Under the pieces are notes generated by a model. It ran no database searches. It saw only the letters and a list, made by a program, of their open reading frames with translations, and was not told the DNA's origin. Source: Daphnia carinata (lineage: Eukaryota). From it: DNA of 64,000 nucleotides. The first letter of the stretch is position 1. Every line of letters begins with the position of its first letter. The translations under genes and the position numbers were made by a program. Shown one piece after another: positions 1 to 14,500 of this stretch. The DNA lies in the NCBI RefSeq assembly GCF_022539665.2, contig NC_081331.1, positions 11,284,001-11,348,000 of the forward strand. Direction: 5' to 3'.

Positions 1-1638
1 TCCTTTTTTTTTCGTTTATAACAATTTCCCGTTTTTCTTTCTTCCTCTCTTCGCATCGCCTTTGATGTACCTTTTTTTCGGTCGTGTGTTGTTGTCCCCC
101 CCCCCTCTCTTTGCTTGCCCGTATTTTTACAAGTGGAATAGTTCACTACGTCAAACACCGAATTTTAAAAACTGTTTTTGGAATCTTTAATATGTTCATG
201 TTCCTTAAGGTCTGGCGCCCCCTCTTCGTATTGACTTGACGCTCTTTTGTATCTGTGTTCCCGTCCTTCGATGAAGAACGAGAAGGACAAGCGCGCAGGA
301 TGTCGTGAAAGAATTCGTGAAATTCGTAGGGTGAATTCCGTTCACGTTTTCACGCGCCAACAAAACATTTTTATGACATTTAAGTAATTCCTTTTTTTTC
401 TTTTTTTTGCCCGTTGTGTGTAATAGTTGAAAGTATGTGCCCTTTTGACATGGTTGATGTACACACGTGCGGCAACAGTCGAAGCGATCTTTCTCTATAA
501 ATTAGCATCCAGCGGGATGATTATCCTCTTGAAGGAACATCCAGCTGATTTCTTACGTGTTTCTTTCTTTTTTTTTCCCTCTCTTTCTCTCTGTGCGTCT
601 TTCAGGGTTTCCTTTTTTTTTTTTTTTGATGGATTGCTTCAACATTTCTTTTCTTACTGTCTACTCGTGCTTGCGGAACCCTCCTCCGGATGTTTAGTAT
701 TCGAATCATTAAAAATAAAAGACAAACTTTTTGTGGAAAAAAAAAAAAAATGCTGTGAGAGTCGGACGCGTTTTCGTTGCAAGAGAAGAACACACATACA
801 CACAAAAAAAAAAAGGGATGTATAGCACATCCAACAAGACGGACACAAATATTCCGCGACGTCTATCCTAGCGCGCTTTTGCCTTCTCCCTACTGTCCTC
901 CCCCTCCACCCTTGGATCAGATGTTCCTTTTTTTTTTTTTTTTTTTTTTTACCATCTTACGTGTTGTATACCAAGGGGAAGAAAAAGTTAAGCGAACTAA
1001 AGGAATGACGATGGAAAAAAAAAAAAAAAAAAAAAGGGAAGTTGTTGGTAGTGCAAGGACATAGACCTGATATTACATTCCGGACATTTTCTGTCCGGCT
1101 GTTAAGGACCATGTCGTGTGATGACATTACAGGCCAGACAAACACTAACCAGCAGCTGTGCAGCTCCAACGTGCTGTTTTTCATATTTTTTTTCTTTTCT
1201 TTTTTATTTTATTTATTATTTAATTTTTGTTGTTGTTGAAAAATGGTGGGACCTTGTCCGCGCCGAAGTCCATTTATCATCATCTTATCATTTGGCCGCA
1301 AAATGAATTTGCTCTTGTGCGTGAAATGCCTCCTGAAGGCTACACACGTTGTGCGCAGAGTTGTATCGATTTGTTTTCACGATGCTACTTTGCCACTTGT
1401 CCGTATGCTAATTTTCGTCAAGAAGAAAGAATTGAAAACGATATAAAGCTCCGAACGAGTACTGAACTTTTTTCTTTGCTGACATTCCCCTTTCAAAGGC
1501 TTTTTGTTTTCTAATTCTCCGCTTCCACATTCCACTTCATTCTTACAAGAAAAAAAAAAAGGAAAAATTAGTTCGTCTTTATGGCGGTAATTGAAGTATT
1601 ATACGCAAAATGGGCAGAGACACTTTATTTCGATTTTC

Positions 1639-1640
<2 letters not shown>

Positions 1641-1690
<50 letters not shown>
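1641..1690. repeat. (CA)25 microsatellite
   Basis: Uninterrupted CA dinucleotide run seen directly. Confidence 0.97.
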
Positions 1691-1695
<5 letters not shown>

Positions 1696-2246
1696 TGCTA
1701 TTAATATCGCTTTAGTTCTGGGAAACAAGGGGGCCGGCGATGACAATGAAGCCGTAAATCATCATTTCCACAGAAAATAGGGCTATTAATAAGAATTTGA
1801 TCCTTATATGCATATTACACTGCCATAATAAACTAGTGTTTCTCCGTACAGGGAAAGGGGGGGGGGGGAGAGAAAGAGACGAAAAGAGTTAGAGTCAGCT
1901 ATTCCCATTCAATTTTCCTATGTATAGTTCTTTTTTTTTAGTTTTAAAGGATGAATGTAAAACGGACAAGAAAGAAAAAAAGAAAAAATTTGTTTTTTTT
2001 TTTTCTTTCTATGAAAAAAAAAAAGAAAGAAGAAAATGCACTGCTGTGTTGTTATTGTCGTTCCAAATGCCCTGTGAGAAGAAAAAAAGAAGGAATAGAG
2101 AAGAAACGAAAGAAAAAGAAAAAAGAAGAGTGTGATACCCTCCCCCGAAAAAAAAAAAAAAAAAAAAAAAAAATCCACCTCCCCCTCCACCATACTACAC
2201 ACACACGCGGAGTTCTTTTCGTGGCTCCCCCAGTCACTTGCATAGT

Positions 2247-2252
2247 TCAGTC
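2247..2252 (+). promoter_or_regulatory. Candidate initiator (TCAGTC) for the CSPG4/kon gene
   Basis: Matches arthropod Inr consensus TCAKTY, ~760 nt upstream of the proposed ATG. Motif match only. Confidence 0.3.
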
Positions 2253-3005
2253 GCCTTCAGGCCGTCTGGCTGGCAGCACGCACCCCGGCTCTCGTTTTAC
2301 GACCCAAGTTCAACGTCTCCTCCATCCCCTGCTCACAAACATATCCGCATTTTGAGATATTTTTGTTTATTCGTTTCTCCCGCGTAGTCTCCTCTTACTT
2401 TTTCTGTTGCACGCATTTCTCGTGTGTGTGTGTGTGTTGGCTGGCCCAAGTGTGTGTCATTTTCAATTTTTTAAAAATTTTGTTCAAAAGAGTAAAAAAA
2501 AACAAAAAAAACATAATTTTATTATTTTTGCTTTGGCCGGCCATTGACACTGGCGATCAAGGCCGATTACAACCGCCAACACATACAGACAGTGAAAGCG
2601 GAACGGGCCAGCGTGAAATGTGACGGCCAACATATTTTTTTTTCCGTGTCAGTACGTGAAAATTAAAAAACTTGCGACGGGAATTATTATTTATTTTTTT
2701 TTTTTTTCAAACTGAAGTTTCGTTTCGTATTTTTTTTTTTTTTTGTGTGTGTGTGATGCGTGAAGATCGTGCGTGTTCCCGCCTGGTTTTGTGTTGCCTC
2801 GATCCCGACATGAATTGCCAAGACGGTCCGTTCTCAAGTGTTTTACCCGTCGCTTTACTGCTGACCCACCGCGTGCCAATTTGATCATTTTTCGTGACAA
2901 AAAAAATCGAGGAACTTTAAATCGTAGCATTTGATTTTACGTGCAACTTGAATTGATTTTCATCATCGTCGTGTTAACAATTTTTCGATTGAAAAGAAAA
3001 AAAAA

Positions 3006-5473
3006 ATGAAGACAGTGGGAAGAGTTTTGATGGCTATGTCAAATCATCCCGTCACGATTGTTGTGATGGTCCTTTTCTGGATTTCAAACACCGTCGTCCG
3101 TGCAGGTATGCAAATTTTCACTTTGTAGCCATACACCTGAGTGTACATATATAAATGTCTTTACCTCGTTTTATTTCTTTGCGTTCTACTATTAATGCAC
3201 GTTCAGTTTGATCATTTTTCGAGAAATCTCCCGCTGAGGAGGGCTGGGCCGCTCCTGTCGGTCATGCTTCTCTTTTTTTTTTTTTTCGTTATTATCAAAG
3301 CGTGAGTTTCGTGCTTGTTGATGCGCATCAGCTGCGTTCTTCTGTTTGTTGTTTTATCGTTACCAGCCTCCCTTTTTTTTTTTCATTTCCTCTCTCGCCA
3401 ACGCATTTTTTTTTTAAATATCCTCAGATTGAAATCGATTTTGAATTGAACACAATCAAATACGGGGATTTGAGAACTTGACCTGAATTTTTCTTGTCTG
3501 CGGCCGTACTCATCGCACATTTCATTCCCCTACGCAACACTTAAAAATGTTTAAAAGGCAAGATGAATGTCTTTCTTATTCGCGTGCAGTAAACAGAAAG
3601 TGGAAATGGCAGTTAAGGAAACGATCAAAGTTTTTTTTTTTTTTTTTTGCGTTTCTTGCAGAAGGTTTTGCGTCCGGAAACGGCCAGACTCATAACAATC
3701 ATTTTTTTTTCAAGTATACATTTACCGTTAAAGTCTTTCTACATTCGCCTTATTTAGCCCTACAACCTACACGGATGCGAGTAACTGCGAGGAGTTAGTT
3801 TTCACCAAGTATGACAGCGTGTCACGACTGATGTGTAAGAATTCCCGCAATTTTTTACAAGAGAAAACACTTGTCCGCTTTTTCTCGCATCGTCCGCCAC
3901 TTGCCGGACATAATTTTTCCCTTCTCCCCTCTTTAGTTTTTTTTTTTTTTATTTATTTGTTTCTTCCTATCGGATGTTTGTGCAGAAAAAGGAAACAAAA
4001 CTCTTCGTCATCTGGCTGTACATCGTACAACATCTCACGTACATGTACATCATTTTTTTTTTTTTTTTTTTTGGTTGGACTTTGAAAAATGTTGCCTTTT
4101 CGTGACAGCCACTGCTGACGGTCTACCCCTTTCGTTCCAGAAAATAAAAAAATATGGGGAAGGTTAGGGTATTCACATATGGCCGTCTGGGCGAATGCTA
4201 TTGTGTAATAATCCCGCACAGCCACCGGCACTTTGTTTGTCGTCGAGTAGCTACTCTATGCTCCCATACATGAGCTCGTTGATTAATATTAATTCAGGGC
4301 GCACAATGAGCTAATGCCGCCTGTACTTCGGCCGAACAAATCAAAAGGAATTAAAGCCCACCCACAGGGTAAATAATTCATCTATGATTATCAATAAATA
4401 GCGTTGGGGGAAAAAAAAAAAAACTCGTTTATTTATTATGGATGTTTGCAGTTCAATGTGATGGTGCCTTTTTCTAGGAGGGAGGGGAGTTAAAAAAAAA
4501 AAAAAAAAGGGGGAAGTCGGTCCGTTTCCGGCAGTCAAAACACACAGACGGCCATCTCGTCATTTGCAGCTTTTACCCTCTTGTTTCCCCTCTGACAAAC
4601 ACACACGCACACACAGCACATACACTCGGAAATAAGGTGGTACTACTTGAAAAAAAAAAAAAAAAGAACGGGGGGAAGAAGAGATGAGAGTTTAAGTCTT
4701 TCCATTCTCTCTATTTAAATATACAGAAATAGAAGAAATGCGGAGGGTGCAGCAGCCGCCGCTCTCTAAGATGTTGCTGCAACTTAAGCGACGGATTTTT
4801 GAGGGCATCAAAAAATATAAAGACGGGCCATCTTTTTTTCCACCCTATTTTTTCCAATAGGGGAAGAGAGAGAGAGTAGGGCGCGGTTTCGAGTTACACG
4901 AAACTCAGAAATATGTCCTCCTGCTGGCCAACTGTTATTTTCAAAAGAGAACAGTTTATTTTTTTCTTTCTTGAAATTGTATTTTTTATATGCGTTTTTT
5001 TTTTTTTTTTTGTTTTTGGGGGGAGGGCGGCAATTTTGGGGTAGCTCAGAGTTTCTTTAACTCGTTGACGCAAATAAAGGAATGTAACGATAAATAAGAG
5101 GATTTAGAGAAAAGAAATGAATTTTGCATGTTCCGTTTAAAGCCTATTTACCAAAAGTCTAGTACAAAGCGGGGGAAATAGACAAACATTTCTGCACTTT
5201 CTCTGTTGCAACTAACCCTCCGGGAAATCGTTTGCATCCATCAAAATCAGACGCAATCAAACAAAAATAGGAAACAAAAACAAAACAAAACAAAAAAGGC
5301 GGAATACATAAATACACATAACAATGGCAAACATAATACGGTGGGACGGTTATTGACTGACAATTCGCTCAATCAAGGGTAAACATCTTTTTTCTATCTA
5401 CGCTGAACACACACAATCTAATTTTGTTTGAATCCGCTACATTGGTTTTGATTTTTTAGAACGACGAAAGAGG

Positions 5474-5504
<31 letters not shown>

Positions 5505-8500
5505 TGTTATTTTTCTCAATGCACGTTACCATGGCAACCGGTTGCCTCAGCGCATCTGGTTTTTTTTTTTTTTTCTATTATTTTTGAAAGTCTTCCTTCG
5601 ACGAACAAACGAAACTCTGTGTAGAAACGTTTGTTCGTCTTTTTCTAAAAATATCTAACGGTGAAGCTATAACCATCTTGGTGTCGGCTAGATTTTTACG
5701 ACGCTATAGTTTTGTATGAAGGTATTAAGGCTGTTGTCGTCGTGACTTGCCATCCAATGTATATTTCTAAAAAAGAATTTAAAAAAAAAAAAAACACATG
5801 CGCAAAACCGATAGGAAGATGACAAGCTAATTGGTCGATGGATAGTCCGCGTCGGGGAATCGGGGGTGTCATAACCATCAACTGGGAAGAGCGGTAGGGG
5901 ACGGACCAAGTTCGGATACGTTCCAATCGGTCTGAGAAATGGACATAAAGAAAAAAAAAAAACATTCCGACAAAGAGTCGGTCATTTTTTTTTTTTTTTT
6001 TAGACTATCTATTACAGGCCCGGAGGAGATTTTCTTTTTTTTTTTTTTTTCTTGCGTATAAGAAAATCAGGTAATTGTGTCTTTTAAAGAAATAGACACG
6101 GAAAGAAGGCGAAGTTTGAATGCTTTGAGCCAGGAATCAATTGGGATGTTGTAATCCGATTATTTACGTTGGGGATTTTTTGTTGTTGTTGTTATTGGGT
6201 CAGGAATAAATCGGACGAAGAAAAATTGCTTTGGTCCATTTTGTGCGATGCAGCTTATAAAAAAAAAAACGATGGAGGGCGTAAATGAATGGACACAAAT
6301 GTCCTTATTTAGTAAACAATAGGGGAAAAAAAAAAAGGGGGAAAAAGATTTTTTTTTTCTATTTTATTTGGGTGGTCTTGCTTTGGAATAGCCCAAACAA
6401 GAGCAACAATAGAAGCCGGGCAGACATGGTAGACAGGGGGAGTCTATAGAGACGGCTGGACGGTTCGAACGTGGAAGAAGAAAAAAAAAGGTCGTAAATC
6501 TATGCTCAGTTTTCTTCCCTCTCCGATTATTATTTCTCGCTCTTTTATTTATTTATTTTGCGTGTTATCGGCGTGTGCCTCGGTTTTTTTCTTTTTTTTT
6601 GTGTGTGTGTACACGAACGAATATCGGACGCGCGCATTGATCTTTTATTTTGTGTTCTTCCTGTTTCCCTCTTTTAAAAATAAAATAGACATTCCCTGTG
6701 TGTATCGTTAGAATCTCTTTCGAAATCGGTGCACGGCCAGTGTTTGAGAGATGACGACGCTCGATCAAACGGCACACACCGGGGGATCCTCCCATTTCGT
6801 TTAGAATTCAATTCGTTTTAATTTGAATGATGATTTCTGGTGGGAAAAAGGAAGAACACACACTGCCAATCTCGTCGAAATACCTGTTGATTTCGTTTGA
6901 CGTGATTGCGATTATATCTGACGTTATCCGTCATCTTATGAAGATATCGAACGAGGAATTTGTTGCGATGCTATCGGAAATATGTCGCCTTTCTATCCCA
7001 AGTATTTTCCCTTTTTTTTTTTTTTTTTAAAGAGTTAAACAAATATGAAAAAAAAAAAAAAGATGTCAAAAATGCATTTGTTGCGCCATAGAAATGCTAA
7101 ACTTTGAGAACTGTCGGTCGCTTCCCTTTTTATTATTTTTTTTTTTTATATCAAATTCAAACATTTTTGAATTATCGAAGCCGGGAGGAAGAGCGCCGTC
7201 ATGACGTTGAACCTGCGTTATTATAAGCCATTCATATAAATATTTTTGCTTTGTTATTTATTTGATGATTTTTAAAACATCCGAAAGGAGAAGGAAAATT
7301 TTTTTTTTTTTTAATGGCTGGACTGAAGGGGAAAACAAAACAAAACAAAAAAAAAAATCGCCGTACAATCTGAAACGGCCAGCCTTTGCTTGAAAATAGC
7401 CCCCCCGGAACAAAATTCTATAGGAACTTTTTTTTTTTTTTTTTTTTTTTCAAAAACTAAATAAATAAAGAATAATGTGTTTATATAATAATGAAAGAAA
7501 TGTTAAAAACCGTAAAATACCAACGAACACGACTGGATATATGCTAACGCTGCTCGGTCGGGCCAGCAGTCGAAGAAGGTTATGAATCACGATTATGACC
7601 GACGCGGTCGGTCTCGAAATCCGAGAGGAGATGGAGGGGGGGGGGGGGGAGAAAAAGAAAGGGAGGAGCTTCGAGATTGCCTGTTTCAACCTGACGATAT
7701 GCATCGCTTATGCTCTATAATCATATTTGTTTTTCTTTTATTTTTCGAGCTCAATTTTTTGAAATTCTTTTTGCTGTCGGCAAGTTGCATTAGCGTCGAT
7801 AAAAAAAAAAAAAAAAACACGCACGCGAAATATCTCCATTGAATTTTTCATTCCTTTTTTTTTTTGTTTAGGGCTTCGTTTTAAAAGACAACGTCGGCGC
7901 ACTGCGAAATTCGAATAAGAACAAGAGACGAAAAATTAGAGAGAAATTATTTTTAAACTTTGAAAAGTAGAAGACTTCAAAAAGGGGGGGGAAGGAAATT
8001 GTTAAGAATTTAAACAGCAGCATATAAATAACTCCGGCATAAGCGTCTCCGGGCTGCAAAAATAGGGGACCAATGGCGGACGTTAACGTTCTCCCTATTT
8101 GTTGCCAGCGTGAAATGTTCCTTAGGTCTCCCCTCCCGCCCCACCCCCCTCCGAAACGCACGTGGTGTGTGCCTCGAACGAAGTTCGAAAGGGCTGAAAT
8201 TGAACACACACAGAAAAAATTCAAATTACAACAACACGAAAATAGAAATAAAAAAGGGGGGAGAAAGAAAATAAGAACGCAACATATTTGAAAAGAAGGA
8301 CACGTCTAAAACAAACGGTAAAAAAAAAAAAAAAAAAAGGGCAGGAGGGGGGGGGGTTGTTGCGTGGAGAAGGGTTGGGATTGTTTAATAGCCGCTACAC
8401 ACCAACAGCAACGAACGCGACGTGTTTATTCACGTTAACGATGTGAATCGCCGAGTGCAACACGCTCACACAGATGGGGACGGAAGGAAGGAAGAGGGAG

Positions 8501-11500
8501 AGAGAGAAAAAAAAAAATGCATTTTTCCCTTTTTTTTATTTGTATATAGACGCGGTCAGCCGAACTCCCGAACGCGTTCCAGTCGGCGTGACTTGTTTCC
8601 GCTCACCACACACACAGCTGATAGCCGTTGTGTGTGTGTGTGTGTGTGCTACGGGTGAATCGACCAACTCTTAAAAGTCACGCTGTACTTTCCCTTCTTT
8701 TCTTTTGTGCGCAATAAAAAATAAAAAAAAAAAAAAATCCCCACCGTCCTTTTATTTCTTTTTTTTTTTTTTTTTTCAGACGTTGTGTTATGGAATTTTC
8801 TCGTTCCATATAAACGACGTGGAAAAATAGTTTTGGAGCTTTTTGGAAAGTGGGCGAAAGTAATCGTTTTTTATATTTCTCCTTTGTTTCTCTTTTCGCT
8901 TGTGTTAAATGCCCTAAACTCGTCACTCAATTACCGGACGAGTTCGTCTTTCTCTCCGAGTTTGTTTTTGAAATCGTTGTTTTATATATCTATGGTGAAA
9001 CTATAAAAGAATGCAACTCTACCAACAGGGGTTTTTTTTTTTTTTTTTTTTTTTTTTTTGGATATCGTTTCAACAGATACGTTGTACAGCAAGGAATGGC
9101 GTGGCGTAAGTTTTTATGGTTTCTGGTCGCCTCGTCTTTTGTCGTCGGCCATCAATTTTGTCCGGGAATTTCTTTCTAAACAAAAAAAAAAAGGGTTTAA
9201 GCAAAAAAAGCGAATGAGTTTTGTTCTGTACCCGGCAAAGTTGCTCTCAATTTACATCCCTCCTGAAATTGAAACTTTTTCTTTTTTTTTTATTATTATT
9301 ATTTTGTTTTTTTTTTTTTTTGTTTGTTCTTTGGAAAGGGGGAAACTGCCGTTACCTGGCAAATGCAATTTGAGAAGTTTTTGAACTGAAAAAAAAAGTT
9401 GTTTGCATTGAAGATTAGAAAAAAAAAAAAAAAAAAGTTGATTGCAATTGCCGAAATGCGCAGGGTGATGGTCAATATGAGCCTCGTTTTCAAATTGATT
9501 CACTTACGACAAACGTCCGTTTCGTGGACGTTCATTTCCGGAGCTCGAAATCACTAGCGAAATTGATGCGGGATATGAAATGCCCATCGACCTGGTCTTG
9601 TTTTGCCACCAACAAAGTGAGAAGGTGTGGGGATCTATTTCATTTCCGCAACCCACATCCAACTGAAATTTTATTTTATTTTTTTTTTTCTTTCTCCTTT
9701 TCCGGTTGAACAGAAGCCCTTTGCACCACATCATTTCATCTCGTTTTTCTTTTCCCAACTTTTAATGACATTTTATTTATTTTTTTTTTTTTTTTGCTTT
9801 TTTTTTTGGTCTCGCGTTACGTCTTTATAACGGGACGAAAAACGCGAAAAATAGCGCCGTTAAAATAATATCGATTTTTGGTCTCATCATATCCAACCAG
9901 TACGTTAATTGCTTTTTGCACCCGCTGCGAGAAAGTGTAAACGTGCTGGGCGACGGGCGCCCCGTTTCCGAATGAACGAAAAAAAAAAAAAAAGCGAAGC
10001 TCTTGCTGATTGAGGAAAAAGCTAACGAGGGAAAGGGCTCTATCGTCATTGAGTCAACCTCATCATCAGTGTGTGTGTGTGTGTCTCTTTCTTTTTTTTT
10101 TTTTTTTTTTTTTCTATCTGTGTACTCGGGTGGTGTTGTGGGCTAGTGTCTAAACACATACACGCGCATAACTTGTTCATCAAACGCAGTATATTTAGAC
10201 GAAGAGAGGAGGAGCGCGTGTGTTTCGCCGCTTGCTCGCGTTCACTTCAACGCGCTAATGGCTTTCGCGGCTAATTCAAAAAAAAACCAACAAGAACACG
10301 GTTGACTTGCGTGTGTTACGTTTCCTATCGTGGATCTGTGTGTGTGTGTGTGTGTGAAATATCCGGAGGGAACTTTGAATTTTGTGGGGCTCGTTCATTG
10401 TCTTTGCATTTCATGCAAAGTGGGGCACAAATGAAGACGCGACCTTCAGCGTTTGTAAAAACAGATCAGATTTCTTTTGATTGAATTTGATTATTTTTTT
10501 TTTTTTTATCGAGTTTGTTTGTTGTTGTTTGTCGATCTGTTTTATCGCGCCTGTAGTATTTTATAATCATTACGGCTGATTGAGATTATTTTTTTTTTTT
10601 TTGCCTTCAACCGAAAGCCGAGGATGAAAGCGGAAATATTGTCTGTCCAAATACCAATGACAAGAACATGTTTTTTCTTTAAATCCCTCCTTTAAAGAAG
10701 AAGAATGTCAGAGTCAAACGAATGATATTCAAAAAAAAAATAAATTTGTGTGTGTGTGTCTAGTGCTGGTGATGGCGTGTGCGTTGGAATTTTATTTTTG
10801 TGGGTGTCTTGTGTTGTAGAGATGATAGAAGAAGTTGAAGGACTTTTGAAAGGATATTGCCGGACCCCTCTCGCGGTGAAAGATGGCCCGACCAGATGGC
10901 CATATTGAGAGAATATTTATTTTTAGAGAGAGAGAGAGAGACTGAATCTCTTCTTCTCTTTTCCTGTTTTTTTTTTTGTTTTGCTTCTTTAACGACAATT
11001 TTTCCTTTTTCGAAACATTCCCTACCCAACTCTTTGAGCTGAATGCAGACGTTCCACGAAAAACTTTTGCTATTTAACTTCTTATCAATAACAACAACAA
11101 AAAAAAAAAAAAAAAAAGAACAACATTTTCTATTTTGCTCCCCCTTTTTTTAAAGGAAGAATCCATACGCTTCCGGTTAGTTTCCTTTCACTTCGATCGC
11201 GAACTCCATCTGGGTGTTGATCGAAACCCATTTTCGCTTAAAAAAAAACAAACAAAACAAAAAAACAAATGCAGCAAAAATATCCGGTCTAGCCAATAGT
11301 TATTGTACTACTTGTCTAAACTAATTGCCATTATATAATGAATGTCCCTGGCAAGCCGTACCCCCCTTCCACCCCATATCGATTAGTACATCCGACGACG
11401 ATACACTCAGTACTCCGGACGCAGCAGATTTTTTAGCCTTCCCTTTGTTTTGTTTTTTTTCGTCTGCACGAATCCTAAAAGAGAAATGAGAGAGTTCAAT

Positions 11501-14500
11501 AACCGCCAAACGTAGAACTCGAAAAAGCGAAAACGACAAAAGAAAACTCTTTCCTTGTCTGCGTACATCTTCCGGATTTACTTTTACTCCACCGTCTCTC
11601 ATTCCGTTTTGTTGTTGAGCTGTTCGTGTGCGTGGGATGCGGGAGGGGGTTAGTTGGTATGCAAATGCGTCCGCCCCTTCCATCTCGTCTCCGGCCAAGA
11701 TAAACCCGTCCGGCGAAAAACAAAAGAAGGCTGATGGGTTTCTAGACATTTTCAGTCGATGAGGAAGTGAAAAGAGGGTTTGAAAAAATAAAAAAAAAAA
11801 AAAATAACTGAGGGGATGGTCTTGCCTTGTAGAGTAAACTAAAAGCCGTTTCAGCTTTCGGGAGATTGTCACGCGTGCTCCCGCTAAATCTGTCCCGACG
11901 CTTAGCGGACAAAGTTAGTCACCCTCTTTGGTGGTTAAGTAACGAAAAAAAAAAAAAAAAAAAAAAAAAGAATTGAGACGGATGAAGAGAGCGGATGGGG
12001 GACAAAAAAAAAAAAAATAGATCTTGTACGAGTGTCAGCTAAAAGATGATTGGGTTGAAAGCGACCGGTGCGATGCAGCTGTATTTATTCAAATATAAAG
12101 AAGAAGGGAATGATTTTTCCAGTCTCTCTTTTATTTCATTTCTTTTTCTTTTTTTTGCGTGTGTGTGTGTGTGTGTGTGTATGTGATGACCGACGTCACA
12201 TGGCGCGGACGTGATCATCCTATAACTGCATTGCGAAAAAGGGAAGCGGATGCTCTGTCTGGTGCTTTGATCTTCAGTTTTATCGGAACGTGTGTCGGCT
12301 GCCGTAGTATTTAACGAAAAGGATTGTATTCTCCATTTTTTTTTTTTTTTTCTTTCCTTATCTTTTGTTGTGAAGGGAAATCGAATTCTTTCATGCGAGA
12401 AAACTGGAATCGCGCTGATGCGCATCGTCTGTATTGTGTCGGATGGCGAAAAAAGCGCAAGCGGCCATCCATCGATGATTCCGCTACAGCGGAGAGAGAG
12501 CAAAATCTCTCACGTTCACGCGTCGAGAACAAAAGAAATACGTCGAAGGCGCGTTGACGCGCCAGTGCCCCTCCCGCTGTTTTGATCTGAGTCTCGATTT
12601 AATATTGGCCGGATGAGCAGAGTCGTGTGGCTATCGTTGTATTGCGCCTCGATGTATCGTCACCTTCGTTATAGAAACTTGCGGCAATGCCATTCTTCGC
12701 GCGATGTCCTTTTTTTTTTTTTTTTAAATCTTTTTTTCCAGCTCAGCAATTTTAGTTCCGCCTTTTTGTCGCGTATCAAATACAATGTGTACACATTCGA
12801 GCGAGAGTAAAGCGGACTCTGAGCTTTGGACGGATTCACGCTGGCCGGCTTTTGCAGATCCGTCCAAACATCAAGTGACATTTGAAAAGAGAGAGAAAGG
12901 CATTTTTTTTTTTTCACACGATTCAACGAAACATAACGAACTTTGCAAATGATCAGTTGAAAGTGAAAGAAAGAAAAAAATCTAATTTTACATTTTTTTT
13001 TTTTTTTTTGTGTGTGTGTTGATTGGATTTAGCTTCTTTTTACGGGTCCAGCTACATCGCTTTGCCGCTACAAGAGGCCCGTTCTGCGACCGACCTGAGC
13101 TTCCGATTCCGGACGTCGAGATCGGACGCTCTCCTTTTCTTAGCAGCCGGACGGACGGACTATTGCCTGGTGGTGCTCCAATCGGCGGCGTTGAAGGTGC
13201 GCATCAACCTGGGAGCCGGCGAGGCGGAGGTGGCCACGCCGCGTGGCCTCCGACTCGATGACTTGGCCTGGCACGACGTGCGCATCCACCGCAAAGACGC
13301 CGATTTCACGCTGACTGTCGACGGCCTTCACTCATCCAAGTAAATAACAATCTTCCATGACACATGAATTTATATCACTTTGTATTAGTTTCGCGAAACG
13401 TATTTTTTTAAATTATTATTCATCTCTCTCATCCAGCGCTATCCATTTTTATCCTTCCTATTTTCCCCTACTTTTCGGTCCTCTTTTTCTTTTTTGCTCA
13501 TCCATTTGAACTATTCTAGCCCTGTGTACATATTCAATCACGCGACAGGGGCGCTGTTGAGAAACTGAGTCGATTACGGCCTATTGAAAATAGCATCCGA
13601 CAGCAACAAGAAGCGAGGCTCGTTAGATTGAATTACCTCTCCGCCGCGCTGTTGAACTCGACTTCCACAATTCCCATTCAGCGTTTTTCTTTCTTTTTTT
13701 TTTTTTTTTTTTTTTTTTCCTATGCAATTGCCCTACCATTTCAAATGTGTGATTGCATGTGCATTATGACGAGTTGAATTGAATAATCGCTGCATTTTAT
13801 TTTCTCCTTCTGATTTTGAAACGTTTTTGAATTTTTCTTTCGAGCAGATTGAAGTTGCCTGGTCGTTTCTACGAGCTCAACATCCACTACGGCCTCTTCG
13901 TCGGTGGCTTGGGTGATTTTCGCGAGATCTTTCTCGGATTGTGGGACAATTTCCGGGGCTGTCTCAACGATCTACACTACAACGGCGTCGACGTCTTGGC
14001 CAAAGCCAAAGATCGCGAAAAGAGCGGCAGCGCATCATCCGCATCGACGGCCGTTGTCCAGGTAGAGCACTCAGTTTTCCTTCTTCTCGTTTCTATTGAA
14101 TTAGAGATGTAACGTATGGATAGCTTATGCATGGACTTTCACGCATGAAAAGATAAGGAAAGGCTACATATATTTAGCGAAAAATAGAAACAACATGGAA
14201 ACGGCATTTCCAGTTAGCGGACAGGCTCGTAGAAAAAGGGGAATCATTCTTCAAATTTATGTTATTTTCTTTTCTTTTTTTTTTTTTTTTTTTTTTTTTA
14301 AGAAAAAAACATTAAGAGTAAAAATTCTAAAACTTTCTAACGATGGAGGAGGATCTCTTGAACGGGTTAGTGAATCTTTCACGGTTACGTCGTGCCCGAA
14401 ACGGTTCTCGTTAATGAGAACCAGTCACATGGATATTGCCTTCCTCTCTACTTTTGAAGGGTGATTTTTTATTTAATTTTTTTTTTTTTTAAAGGAAGTA

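Noticed and set aside
427..12926. Dozens of 60-180-aa ORFs in the supplied track
   Set aside because: Dominated by poly-F/poly-K from homopolymer runs, mostly non-ATG starts, no domains. They lie upstream of kon or within its intron 1.
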